Virus record (IMG/VR): IMGVR_UViG_3300012041_000707
Coordinates: 1-37,197 of that record
Origin: a virus
Taxonomy: Duplodnaviria > Caudoviricetes
DNA length: 37,197 bases
Reading direction: 5' to 3' (one strand)
The notes under the pieces are model-generated. The model had not been told where the DNA came from. It worked only from the letters and a program-made list of their open reading frames with translations, and did not search any database. The first letter of the stretch is position 1; every line of letters starts with the position of its first letter. The translations under genes and the position numbers were made by a program. This document shows positions 25,321-32,806 of the stretch, in pieces.

Positions 25321-25995
25321 ATGAGCTTCAACCCCGCCAACTTCGCCGCCGCCGAGTCGCCCGCCGCTCCCGCCCCTGCCGCCCAGCCGGTCACCACCGT
25401 GACGGCCGAGGCTCTACGCAACGCCGGGGCCATCTGGCTGAAGCGCCATGACTCGTTCGCCGACGGCAAGGCCGACACCTGCTTCGACATGGCCGACAAG
25501 CTCGACCGCTTCGGCTCCTTCATCTCCGAGAAGCAGGCCGCCTACGCCGCCAAGCTGGTCCTGTGGACCCAGCCCCGCGAGCAGATCGCCCAGCCGGTGC
25601 AGCCCGGCCCCGTCGCCGCCCCGGTCAGCCGTGGCCCGGCCACCCTGGCCCTGCCCAAGCTCTTCGACCTGATGCAGCGCCTGTCGAAGCTCACCATCGG
25701 CCCGATCACCATCGCCCGCAAGAATCAGGACACCCTCTGCTGGATCAAGCACGAGGACGCCGAGAAGGTCGTCGGCCGCCTCAACGGCGAGCATGGCTCC
25801 CTGACCCTCTGGCAGCGCCTGGGCGTCGACAACGGCGACCTCCTGACCGCCCTGCTCGACATCGAGCGCGACCCCCAGGCCGCCGCCGTCCTGCACGGCA
25901 AGGCCAGCGGCCGCTGCTCGGTCTGCAGCCGCGACCTGACCGACCCCGAGTCCATCGAGCGCGGCATCGGCCCGATCTGCGCCGGCAAGTTCTGA
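25321..25995 (+). CDS. DUF6011-domain protein (224 aa)
   Basis: ATG 25321 with AGGAGA SD; C-terminal CSVCSRDLTDPESIERGIGPIC is the DUF6011 signature. Confidence 0.8.
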   Translation: MSFNPANFAAAESPAAPAPAAQPVTTVTAEALRNAGAIWLKRHDSFADGKADTCFDMADKLDRFGSFISEKQAAYAAKLVLWTQPREQIAQPVQPGPVAAPVSRGPATLALPKLFDLMQRLSKLTIGPITIARKNQDTLCWIKHEDAEKVVGRLNGEHGSLTLWQRLGVDNGDLLTALLDIERDPQAAAVLHGKASGRCSVCSRDLTDPESIERGIGPICAGKF

Positions 25996-26037
25996 CCCAC
26001 CACCACCCGGCCCTTCGGGGCCATCTCAGGAGCCACC

Positions 26038-26250
26038 ATGCCCATCTGCTACATCGAGACCCCCGTCAAGGACGCCGCCAACTGGTGGACCGCCCGAGTG
26101 GTCACCCGCCAGGACTACCACGAGCGCGGCCCCTTCGCCCACTCGCACCAGTCGATCCCCCTGCCGACCCGGGGCGCGGCCGAGCGCGAGTGCCACCAGT
26201 GGGCCGAAGCCCACGGCTACACCGTCGTCACCGTCAGCGAGGTGGCGTGA
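26038..26250 (+). CDS. Hypothetical protein (70 aa)
   Basis: AGGAG SD; preceded by a GGCCC-TTCG-GGGCC hairpin. Confidence 0.7.
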   Translation: MPICYIETPVKDAANWWTARVVTRQDYHERGPFAHSHQSIPLPTRGAAERECHQWAEAHGYTVVTVSEVA

Positions 26251-26582
26251 TGGGCAAGATCACCCTCACCTACCTCGAAGAGAAGCAGCGCGAGTCCGAC
26301 CGCCTCGCCCTCGCCCTGGCGGCCGCCAAGGCCGACCCCGAGCGGGCGCTGGCGAACCTGAAGCGCCGCACCCGGGAGCATGCCAAGCGGATGCTGGACC
26401 CCAACTACGGCCACGAGCGGCACTACCCGACCTTCATCCCCGGCGTGACCACCACGGCCGAGTACATCCGCACCTATCAGGCGCTGCAGCCGATCTACCT
26501 GACCAAGGCCACCTTCGTCCACGCCGACCGGGTCGCCCCGGAGGAGACCTGGGGCGTGCTGCACCTGAGGGACGTGGAATGA
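26250..26582 (+). CDS. Hypothetical protein (110 aa)
   Basis: TGATG coupling and GAGG SD; MGKITLTYLEEK... Confidence 0.65.
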   Translation: MGKITLTYLEEKQRESDRLALALAAAKADPERALANLKRRTREHAKRMLDPNYGHERHYPTFIPGVTTTAEYIRTYQALQPIYLTKATFVHADRVAPEETWGVLHLRDVE

Positions 26583-26857
26583 CCGCCCAGCCCCTGCGGC
26601 CCCAGGTCATCAGCGTGCGCCTCTGCTCCTGGCAGCGGCCCGACGTGCTGCAGACCATGCGGAAGCACCCGACCCGGGCGCTGCCGAAGTCGGCCGTCAA
26701 GCTCAGTGACAGCGTCTGGTACATGCCCAAGACCGGGGCGACCGACGCCCAGGTCTTCACCCGCTACCTCGACTGGCCGTACTTCCTGTACGCCCGCGAG
26801 TGGAACGCCAACGCCACGATCCAGCCCAGGATCGAACTGATCGGGGCGCGGCAGTGA
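26579..26857 (+). CDS. Hypothetical protein (92 aa)
   Basis: ATGA overlap with the upstream gene. Confidence 0.6.
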   Translation: MTAQPLRPQVISVRLCSWQRPDVLQTMRKHPTRALPKSAVKLSDSVWYMPKTGATDAQVFTRYLDWPYFLYAREWNANATIQPRIELIGARQ

Positions 26858-27084
26858 CCCCGTCCTCGAAGCCGGTCACCCGGCTGACCAGCGCCTACGT
26901 CCGCGACAAGGGCATCCGGCCCATCGTCGCCACGATCACGGGCTCGGTCATCGAGCTACGGTGCAAGGGCCGCCGACAGGTCGAGACCCTCGACGTGGCG
27001 AGCCTGTACTACCAAGCCGTCAAGGCTCGGGTCATCTCGGAACGGGCGGCCAAGAAGGCCGCCAGGAAGGCAAAGAAGCCCTAG
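26854..27084 (+). CDS. Small basic hypothetical protein (76 aa)
   Basis: GTGA overlap; MTPSSKPVTR...RPIVATI...LRCKGRR. Confidence 0.6.
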   Translation: MTPSSKPVTRLTSAYVRDKGIRPIVATITGSVIELRCKGRRQVETLDVASLYYQAVKARVISERAAKKAARKAKKP

Positions 27085-27126
27085 GCACCACCTCTCTCCC
27101 GGTCCCTTTTCGTTACGGAGAATTCC

Positions 27127-27549
27127 ATGTCCATCGCAATCAAGCTCGATACCACCGCCATGCTCGCCCTCTTCCCCGAGGGCTCCCAGGCGCACCTCGA
27201 CCTCCAGCAGGCGGTCCTGAACGAGGTGGTCCGCAAGCTGGTCGACCGCAACGTCGGCCAGATGACGGCCAAGATCAACGAGGCCGTCCGCACCGAATTC
27301 AGCGCCCGCCTGGGGGTGGAGGGCATCAAGGTCCTCAACCAGACCCTGACCCTGTCGGACCCCGCCAGGAAGGCCATCGCCGAGCAGGCCACCCAGGTCT
27401 ACCGGGATGCCGTCCAGAAGGCCGTCAACGAGGTCGCAGCGCCCGAGGTCGAGGCCATCCGCAAGAAGCTGAACGTCGCCCTGGACACGGGGCTGCGGTC
27501 GGCCATCATCGAGCAGGCCAAGATCGCCCTGCGCGGCGTCCTGTCATGA
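27127..27549 (+). CDS. Hypothetical helical protein (140 aa)
   Basis: GGAG SD, strong GC3 bias. Confidence 0.7.
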   Translation: MSIAIKLDTTAMLALFPEGSQAHLDLQQAVLNEVVRKLVDRNVGQMTAKINEAVRTEFSARLGVEGIKVLNQTLTLSDPARKAIAEQATQVYRDAVQKAVNEVAAPEVEAIRKKLNVALDTGLRSAIIEQAKIALRGVLS

Positions 27550-27761
27550 GCAGCAAGAAGGACCTCGCCCAGGCCGTCAAGCGCCTGCGGCGGGAGGGGC
27601 TGGTGGTCGGGGTCGAGCCGACCAAGGGGCAGCACCAGCGGCTGCTCCTGGCCGACGGCTCGTTCTACATCTGCTGCTGCAGCCCGGGGGACCCGCGAGG
27701 GTTCCGCAACATGGTGGCGGCCATCCGACGAACGGTAGGCAAAGGGCTTGCGGAGCTTTAA
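27546..27761 (+). CDS. HicA-like small protein (71 aa)
   Basis: ATGA overlap. Helix-G-beta-'TKGQH'-beta-beta-'SPGDPRGFRNMVAAIRR' fits the dsRBD-like HicA fold pattern of phage homologues. Confidence 0.5.
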   Translation: MSSKKDLAQAVKRLRREGLVVGVEPTKGQHQRLLLADGSFYICCCSPGDPRGFRNMVAAIRRTVGKGLAEL

Positions 27762-27777
27762 AGATTCAGTCTACACT
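27748..27777 (+). promoter_or_regulatory. Putative sigma70 promoter with CTTTAAAG in its spacer
   Basis: TTGCGG-18 bp-TACACT upstream of ATG 27811. Confidence 0.5.
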
Positions 27778-27810
27778 CGCAGTGTGCGCTCCGCACGGCA
27801 AAGGAACCCC

Positions 27811-28389
27811 ATGAACACCACGCCCATCACCCGCGAACAATGGCTCGAAGCCGCCGTCGCCGTCGTCGTCGCCACCTACCCGGCCATCGAGATTCCGCCG
27901 GTCAAGGTGTCCTGCTCCTGGCCCGGCGGCGGCAGCGCCCGCAAGCGCATCGGCGAGTGCTGGTCCCGCGCCGCCTCGCAGGCCAGAGTGAACGAGATTT
28001 TCATCAGCCCGAAGCTGGAGGACCCGGCCCAGGTGGTCTCGGTGCTGGTCCACGAGGTCGCCCACGCCATCGATGACTGCAAGAACGGCCACAAGGCCGG
28101 CTTCGTCAAGATCGGCAAGAGCCTGGGGCTGGAGGGCAAGGCGACCCAGATGGGTCTGCCGACCGCCAAGGCGGCCGAGCTTGCCCAGCAGGTGATCGAG
28201 AAGGCCGGCGCGTTCCCGCACCGCCGCCTCGACATGAGCAGCCGCAAGAAGAAGGCCACCTACATGCTCAAGTGCGAGTGCGGCGACTGCGGTGCCATCT
28301 TCCGCCTGACCCAGAAGGTGGTCGACATGCTCGACGGCGAGGCGATGGCCTGCCCGATCTGCCGCGCCGAGAACGTCACGGTCAGTTGA
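27811..28389 (+). CDS. SprT-like zinc metalloprotease with C-terminal zinc ribbon (192 aa)
   Basis: LVHEVAHA...GHKAGF (HExxH plus third His); C-terminal CECGDCG...CPIC; AAGGA SD. Confidence 0.8.
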   Translation: MNTTPITREQWLEAAVAVVVATYPAIEIPPVKVSCSWPGGGSARKRIGECWSRAASQARVNEIFISPKLEDPAQVVSVLVHEVAHAIDDCKNGHKAGFVKIGKSLGLEGKATQMGLPTAKAAELAQQVIEKAGAFPHRRLDMSSRKKKATYMLKCECGDCGAIFRLTQKVVDMLDGEAMACPICRAENVTVS

Positions 28390-28415
28390 CCGACCCGGGA
28401 GCCGGAGGCTACACT
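28386..28415 (+). promoter_or_regulatory. Putative sigma70 promoter for the nuclease/SSB genes
   Basis: TTGACC-18 bp-TACACT; the -10 lies in the loop of an 11-bp inverted repeat. Confidence 0.55.
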
Positions 28416-28459
28416 CCGGCTCCCCTCACCCCACCACCACCCCCAGGAGCTTTAAAGAC

Positions 28460-29599
28460 ATGGCTGCACACGCCCCCTTCGCCCCGTCCAGCGCCACCCG
28501 CTGGCTGACCTGCACAGGCTCCTTCGGCCTGGGCATCCAGCTACCCGAGGCACCGTCGAGCGAGTACGCCGACGAGGGCACCCGCCTGCACGACCTCGCG
28601 GCCGCCTACCTGCGCCAGCCCGCCGACCGGGCCAAGCCGGTGATGTCGGCCGACGACTACACCTTCCTCAAGGTCTACCTCGACTACGCCCAGGCGCTGG
28701 TCTCGATGGCCGACGAGGCCGCCATCGAGGAGCGGCTGGAGTACTCGGCCCTGCTCTTCGGCACGCCCGACCTCCGGGTGGTCGACGGCGAGTGGCTGGA
28801 GATTGTCGACCTGAAGACCGGGGCTGGCATCATGGTCAGCCCGGTCGAGAACGACCAGTTGCTCTGCTACGCCTTCATGGCCCTCCGCAGGCTCTACGCC
28901 CAGCAGACCGGCAAGAAGGCGCGGCCCAAGTTCAAGGGCATCCGCCTGACCATCGTGCAGCCGCCCGACGAGGACGAGCCGATCAAGTCCTGGGACACCA
29001 CCAGCGACCACGTCATCGGCTGGGGCGTGCGGGCCGAGGCCGCCATCGCCGCCGCCCTGGAGGGCTCGGTCGACCTCGTCCCCGGCGAGCATTGCCGCTT
29101 CTGCAAGGCCAAGTCCGTCTGCCCCAAGCTCATGGGCCACGTCACCGAGGCGCTGCCCATCGTCGTCCGCGAGCTTGCGCCCGACCGGCTGGCCGGCTGG
29201 CTCGACAAGGCCGACCTGATGCAGCAGTGGCTCGACGCCCTGCGCGAGGTGGCCCACGACCTCGTCGTCCACGGCCACCAGATCCCCGGCTATGAACTGA
29301 AGGCCAAGCGGGCGACCCGCTCGTGGTCCGACGAGGACAAGGCCGCCGAGATTGCCCGCGCCAAGCGCATGAAGATCTTCCAGCCGCGCAAGCTCATGTC
29401 GCCAGCGATGGCCGAGAAGGCGCACCCCGTTCTGCCGGTGGAGTTGACAAGCCTGATCGTGGCTGTATCCTCCGGGTCGAACCTCGTGAAGAGCAAGGGC
29501 AAGCCCCAGGCTCTCCCCGTGGCCCCAGCGCCTGGGACCGAGCTATCGAAGATGGCCCGTATCCAGGCAAACAACGCACTGATGAAACTTCGGAGATAG
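28460..29599 (+). CDS. DUF2800-type (Cas4-like PD-(D/E)xK) exonuclease
   Basis: HAPFAPSSATRWLTC, GTRLH, FGTPD, IVDLKTG, QLLCY, IVQP and GEHCRFCKAKSVCP motifs. Confidence 0.85.
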   Translation: MAAHAPFAPSSATRWLTCTGSFGLGIQLPEAPSSEYADEGTRLHDLAAAYLRQPADRAKPVMSADDYTFLKVYLDYAQALVSMADEAAIEERLEYSALLFGTPDLRVVDGEWLEIVDLKTGAGIMVSPVENDQLLCYAFMALRRLYAQQTGKKARPKFKGIRLTIVQPPDEDEPIKSWDTTSDHVIGWGVRAEAAIAAALEGSVDLVPGEHCRFCKAKSVCPKLMGHVTEALPIVVRELAPDRLAGWLDKADLMQQWLDALREVAHDLVVHGHQIPGYELKAKRATRSWSDEDKAAEIARAKRMKIFQPRKLMSPAMAEKAHPVLPVELTSLIVAVSSGSNLVKSKGKPQALPVAPAPGTELSKMARIQANNALMKLRR

Positions 29600-29601
29600 A
29601 A

Positions 29602-30306
29602 ATGGCAACAGGAAACGGAAAGAGCAAGAGTACGGCCGTGGCCGTGAAGACCCCGGCTGGCGTGATCCCGTTCGACGCGACCAAGTTCAAGGCCGCATCG
29701 GCGAACACCCGCCGCGCCTCGACCGGCACGGTCTCGTTCCTTCGCATGGACAAGGCCGGCGACTGGTACTACGGGGTCGATGACATCCCCGCCAACGACG
29801 CCATCGGCTACGTCGACCCGATGGGCTCGGTCCACGGCTGGCAGTGCTGGGCCGACACCAGCGTCAAGGGCGTCAGCCCCGAGGTCCTGGGCAGTCACAT
29901 CGTCCCGAATTACGAGGACATGCCGCCCCGCCCGGCCACCGTGCCCCCGAAGGGCCGCGAGTGGGCCGAGACCCACGGGATGTCGATCCTCGTCAACGGT
30001 GCGCCGCTGACCTACACGGTCAGTTCCAAGGGCGGCATCGGTGCCATCGTCAAGCTGAACGAGGCACGCGACGAGCAGTACGCCGAGGTGGGCGACGACG
30101 GCCCGCTCTTCGCCAAGGTGCGGCTGACGTGCGACTTCTACATGCACAAGCAGTACGGCAAGACCTTCTACCCGGTCTTCGAGGTGCTGGGCTGGGCGAC
30201 GGCCGAGGAGGCGGTGGCCGCCTCGTTCCCGGTCGCCAAGAAGGCCGGCAAGCTCCCGCCGCCCCCGGCCAAGAAGAGCCCCGCCAAGACCCGCCGGGCG
30301 GCGTAA
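29602..30306 (+). CDS. Putative single-stranded DNA-binding/annealing protein (234 aa)
   Basis: ATG 29602 with GGAG SD. Lies between the DUF2800 nuclease and the polymerase, where such phages carry an SSB; aromatic beta-rich body (FLRMDK..GDW, YMHKQYGK..YPVF). Confidence 0.5.
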   Translation: MATGNGKSKSTAVAVKTPAGVIPFDATKFKAASANTRRASTGTVSFLRMDKAGDWYYGVDDIPANDAIGYVDPMGSVHGWQCWADTSVKGVSPEVLGSHIVPNYEDMPPRPATVPPKGREWAETHGMSILVNGAPLTYTVSSKGGIGAIVKLNEARDEQYAEVGDDGPLFAKVRLTCDFYMHKQYGKTFYPVFEVLGWATAEEAVAASFPVAKKAGKLPPPPAKKSPAKTRRAA

Positions 30307-30313
30307 GCACCCC

Positions 30314-30345
30314 TGGCCCCGGGCGACCCCCGGGGCCATTTCATT
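30314..30345 (+). terminator. Probable rho-independent terminator
   Basis: 10-bp stem TGGCCCCGGG / CCCGGGGCCA followed by TTTCATT. Confidence 0.65.
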
Positions 30346-30373
30346 CCCCGTAACTGTAGACAGGAGCTACACC

Positions 30374-30628
30374 ATGCCCAAGGTCCAAGAAGCCCAGGCG
30401 CAACTGCGCCAGTACGCCGCCGCCGCGATGCAGGTCATCTTCGCCGAGGAACTGCGGCGCGGCATCCCCCAGCAGACCCATGCCATCGAGAGCGGGATCG
30501 CCGAGCGGGCGTGGTCGATGGCCGAGGCGATGCTCTGCGAGGAGACCGGCAAGGGCCGGATCGCCCGGCTGCTCGACACCCAGGGCCGTCGCCAGGACAC
30601 CACCGACGAGGTCGGCAGGGAGCAGTAA
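30374..30628 (+). CDS. Hypothetical protein (84 aa)
   Basis: AGGAG SD; 'LRQYAAAAMQ...IAERAWSMAEAML' pattern common in small phage proteins. Confidence 0.7.
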   Translation: MPKVQEAQAQLRQYAAAAMQVIFAEELRRGIPQQTHAIESGIAERAWSMAEAMLCEETGKGRIARLLDTQGRRQDTTDEVGREQ

Positions 30629-30667
30629 CCTCAGGCTACACTCACCTCCGAATCGGAATTTTTCAAA

Positions 30668-32725
30668 ATGCGAAACCGCGCCCTCCACCTCGACTTCGAG
30701 ACCCGGTCCACGGTCGACCTCCAGGCCGCCGGTGCCTACGTCTACGCCAGGGACCCCTCGACCTCGATCCTCTGCGCCGCCTACTCCTTCGATGACTTCC
30801 CGGTCAAGTACTGGCCGGCGGCCGCAGGCAAGAGGATGCCGGCCGACCTGATGCGGGCTTTAAAGGACCCCGGCATCGAGGTCCACGCCTGGAACGCCCA
30901 ATTCGAGCGGCTGATCCTGGCCCACGTCCTCGGGATCGATGTCTCCCTCCTGCGCTTCCGCTGCACCGCCGCCCTGGCCCGTGCAAGGGGCTTGCCGGGC
31001 AAGCTGGAGACCGCCCTCGACTTCGTCGGCCTGGGCGAGGACCTCGCCGTGAAGAGGAAGGGCAAGGCGCTGATGATGAAGTGGTGCAAGCCGCTGAAGG
31101 ACGGCGGCTGGGCCGACGACCCGTCCGAGTACGTCGACCTCATCGCCTACTGCATCGGCGACGTGAAGAGCGAGCGCACCCTGGGCCGCCGCCTCTACCC
31201 CCTGTCCCCGGTCGAGCTTGACGAGTACATGCACACCGAGTTGATCAACGACCGGGGCTTGCCCATCGACGTGCCCCTCGCCATCGCAGCCCAGGGCTAC
31301 GGTGAGGAGGAGAAGCGGGAGCTATCCGCCTACATGGGCTGGATGACCGGCGGCTCGATCACGTCGGTCAACCAGCACGCCAGGGTGAAGGCATGGCTGA
31401 AGCGCAAGCTCGGGCTCGACCTGTTCGACCGGTTCTTCGTCAAGGGCGACAAGGAGTCGACCGACAAGAACGCCAGGGCCGACTTCCTGGGGAGCGAGGC
31501 CGCCAAGGATGCCGACCCGGAGGTGATCGAACTGATCGAGGTGATCGATGACGCCGGCAAGAGCAGCGTCAGCAAGTTCGGGGTCATGGCCGCCCGCGCT
31601 GCCGACACCGGCCGGGCCGAGGGTTCCTACCTCTGCTACGGGGCGGCGCAAACCAAGCGGTACAGCAGCCGGGGAGTGCAGATGCACAACCTCCTCAGGA
31701 AGGGTCCTCCTGACCTCGTGGCTGCGATAGATCAGGTCATGAGGCATCAGGTACCAGGGAAGGTCATGCACGCCCTGGCGGCCCTCCTGCGGCCCGCCAT
31801 CAAGGCACCGCCCGGCCGCAAGCTGATCTGGGGCGACTGGGCGGCGGTCGAGGCGCGGGGGATGCCCTGGCTGGCCGACTGCCAGTGGAAGCTGGACCTG
31901 TACCGGGAGGGGGTGGACGTGTACCGGGTCAACGCCCAGGACATCTTCGCCGTCGAGCCCGACGAGGCCACCGACCAGCAGCGGCAGATCGGCAAGGTCG
32001 CCGAGCTATCGCTCCAGTTCGGCGGTGCCAAGGGAGCTTTAAAGGCGATGGGCCGGGGCTACGGCATCACCCTGCGGGACGGGCAGGCCGAGGAGATTGT
32101 CCTGGCCTGGAGGGCGGCCAACCCCTGGGCCGCCGAGTACTCCTACGGCCTGTACTACGCCTTCCTCAGGGCTTGCCTCGACGGCGAGGCGAGCCACGGT
32201 CCGGTCACCTACCGGCAGATCGATCCGATCCTGCCCGGCACCGTCAGCATGGCCTGCGACCTCCCCGGCGGGACCAGCCTCTACTACCACGGCATCAAGG
32301 GCCACATCGGCCTGCGCGACCCCGGCCTTCGCCGGTCGATCCATGTCTCCATCGGCGATGGCACCGCAGGCTACAACGGCGAAGACTTCGACGGGTGGGA
32401 GACCGAGGTGGTCTTCAGCAAGACCCTGCCCGCAGGCTTCAGGACCGAGCGGATCTGGCACGGGCTGTTCGCCGAGAACACCACCCAGGCACTGTGCGCT
32501 GCGCTGCTGCGCGATTGCCTGGGCCGCGTCGAGGTGCGGATGGGTCCTGGCGAGGACATGCTCATCATCGGCCACACGCACGACGAGATTATTGTCGAGG
32601 CGAGCGAGCGGGGGGCCGACATCGCGGCGCGGATACTCCAAGAGGAGATGCGGCGCGTGCCAAAATGGTTGCCCGGTTTTCCTCTCGACTGCACCGTCAC
32701 GGTCGCCGACAGGTACGGGAAGTAA
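30668..32725 (+). CDS. polA: DNA polymerase family A with 3'-5' exonuclease domain
   Basis: Exo I DFETRS, Exo II WNAQFE, Exo III YCIGDV; motif A DWAAVEAR, motif B RQIGKVAELSLQFG, motif C HTHDEII. Confidence 0.93.
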   Translation: MRNRALHLDFETRSTVDLQAAGAYVYARDPSTSILCAAYSFDDFPVKYWPAAAGKRMPADLMRALKDPGIEVHAWNAQFERLILAHVLGIDVSLLRFRCTAALARARGLPGKLETALDFVGLGEDLAVKRKGKALMMKWCKPLKDGGWADDPSEYVDLIAYCIGDVKSERTLGRRLYPLSPVELDEYMHTELINDRGLPIDVPLAIAAQGYGEEEKRELSAYMGWMTGGSITSVNQHARVKAWLKRKLGLDLFDRFFVKGDKESTDKNARADFLGSEAAKDADPEVIELIEVIDDAGKSSVSKFGVMAARAADTGRAEGSYLCYGAAQTKRYSSRGVQMHNLLRKGPPDLVAAIDQVMRHQVPGKVMHALAALLRPAIKAPPGRKLIWGDWAAVEARGMPWLADCQWKLDLYREGVDVYRVNAQDIFAVEPDEATDQQRQIGKVAELSLQFGGAKGALKAMGRGYGITLRDGQAEEIVLAWRAANPWAAEYSYGLYYAFLRACLDGEASHGPVTYRQIDPILPGTVSMACDLPGGTSLYYHGIKGHIGLRDPGLRRSIHVSIGDGTAGYNGEDFDGWETEVVFSKTLPAGFRTERIWHGLFAENTTQALCAALLRDCLGRVEVRMGPGEDMLIIGHTHDEIIVEASERGADIAARILQEEMRRVPKWLPGFPLDCTVTVADRYGK

Positions 32726-32730
32726 GGGGT

Positions 32731-32765
32731 AAAGAAAAAGCCCCGGGGGGTGAACCCCGGGGCTT
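32731..32765 (-). terminator. Terminator hairpin between polA and primase, U-tract on the minus strand
   Basis: 11-bp stem AAGCCCCGGGG / CCCCGGGGCTT preceded by AAAGAAA; only CTCCC follows on the plus strand. Confidence 0.6.
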
Positions 32766-32806
32766 CTCCCCTCGTCTAGCCACCACGCCTTCGGAGGACC
32801 TACAAA

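Larger units (their letters stand above)
14048..30356. repeat. Dispersed ~19-bp motif with core GTYACKSRKRAT
   Basis: Copies at 14048(+), 18990(-), 21385(-), 23501(+), 24756(+), 27106(+) and 30339(-); degenerate copies at 20685(+) and 7719. Confidence 0.75.
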
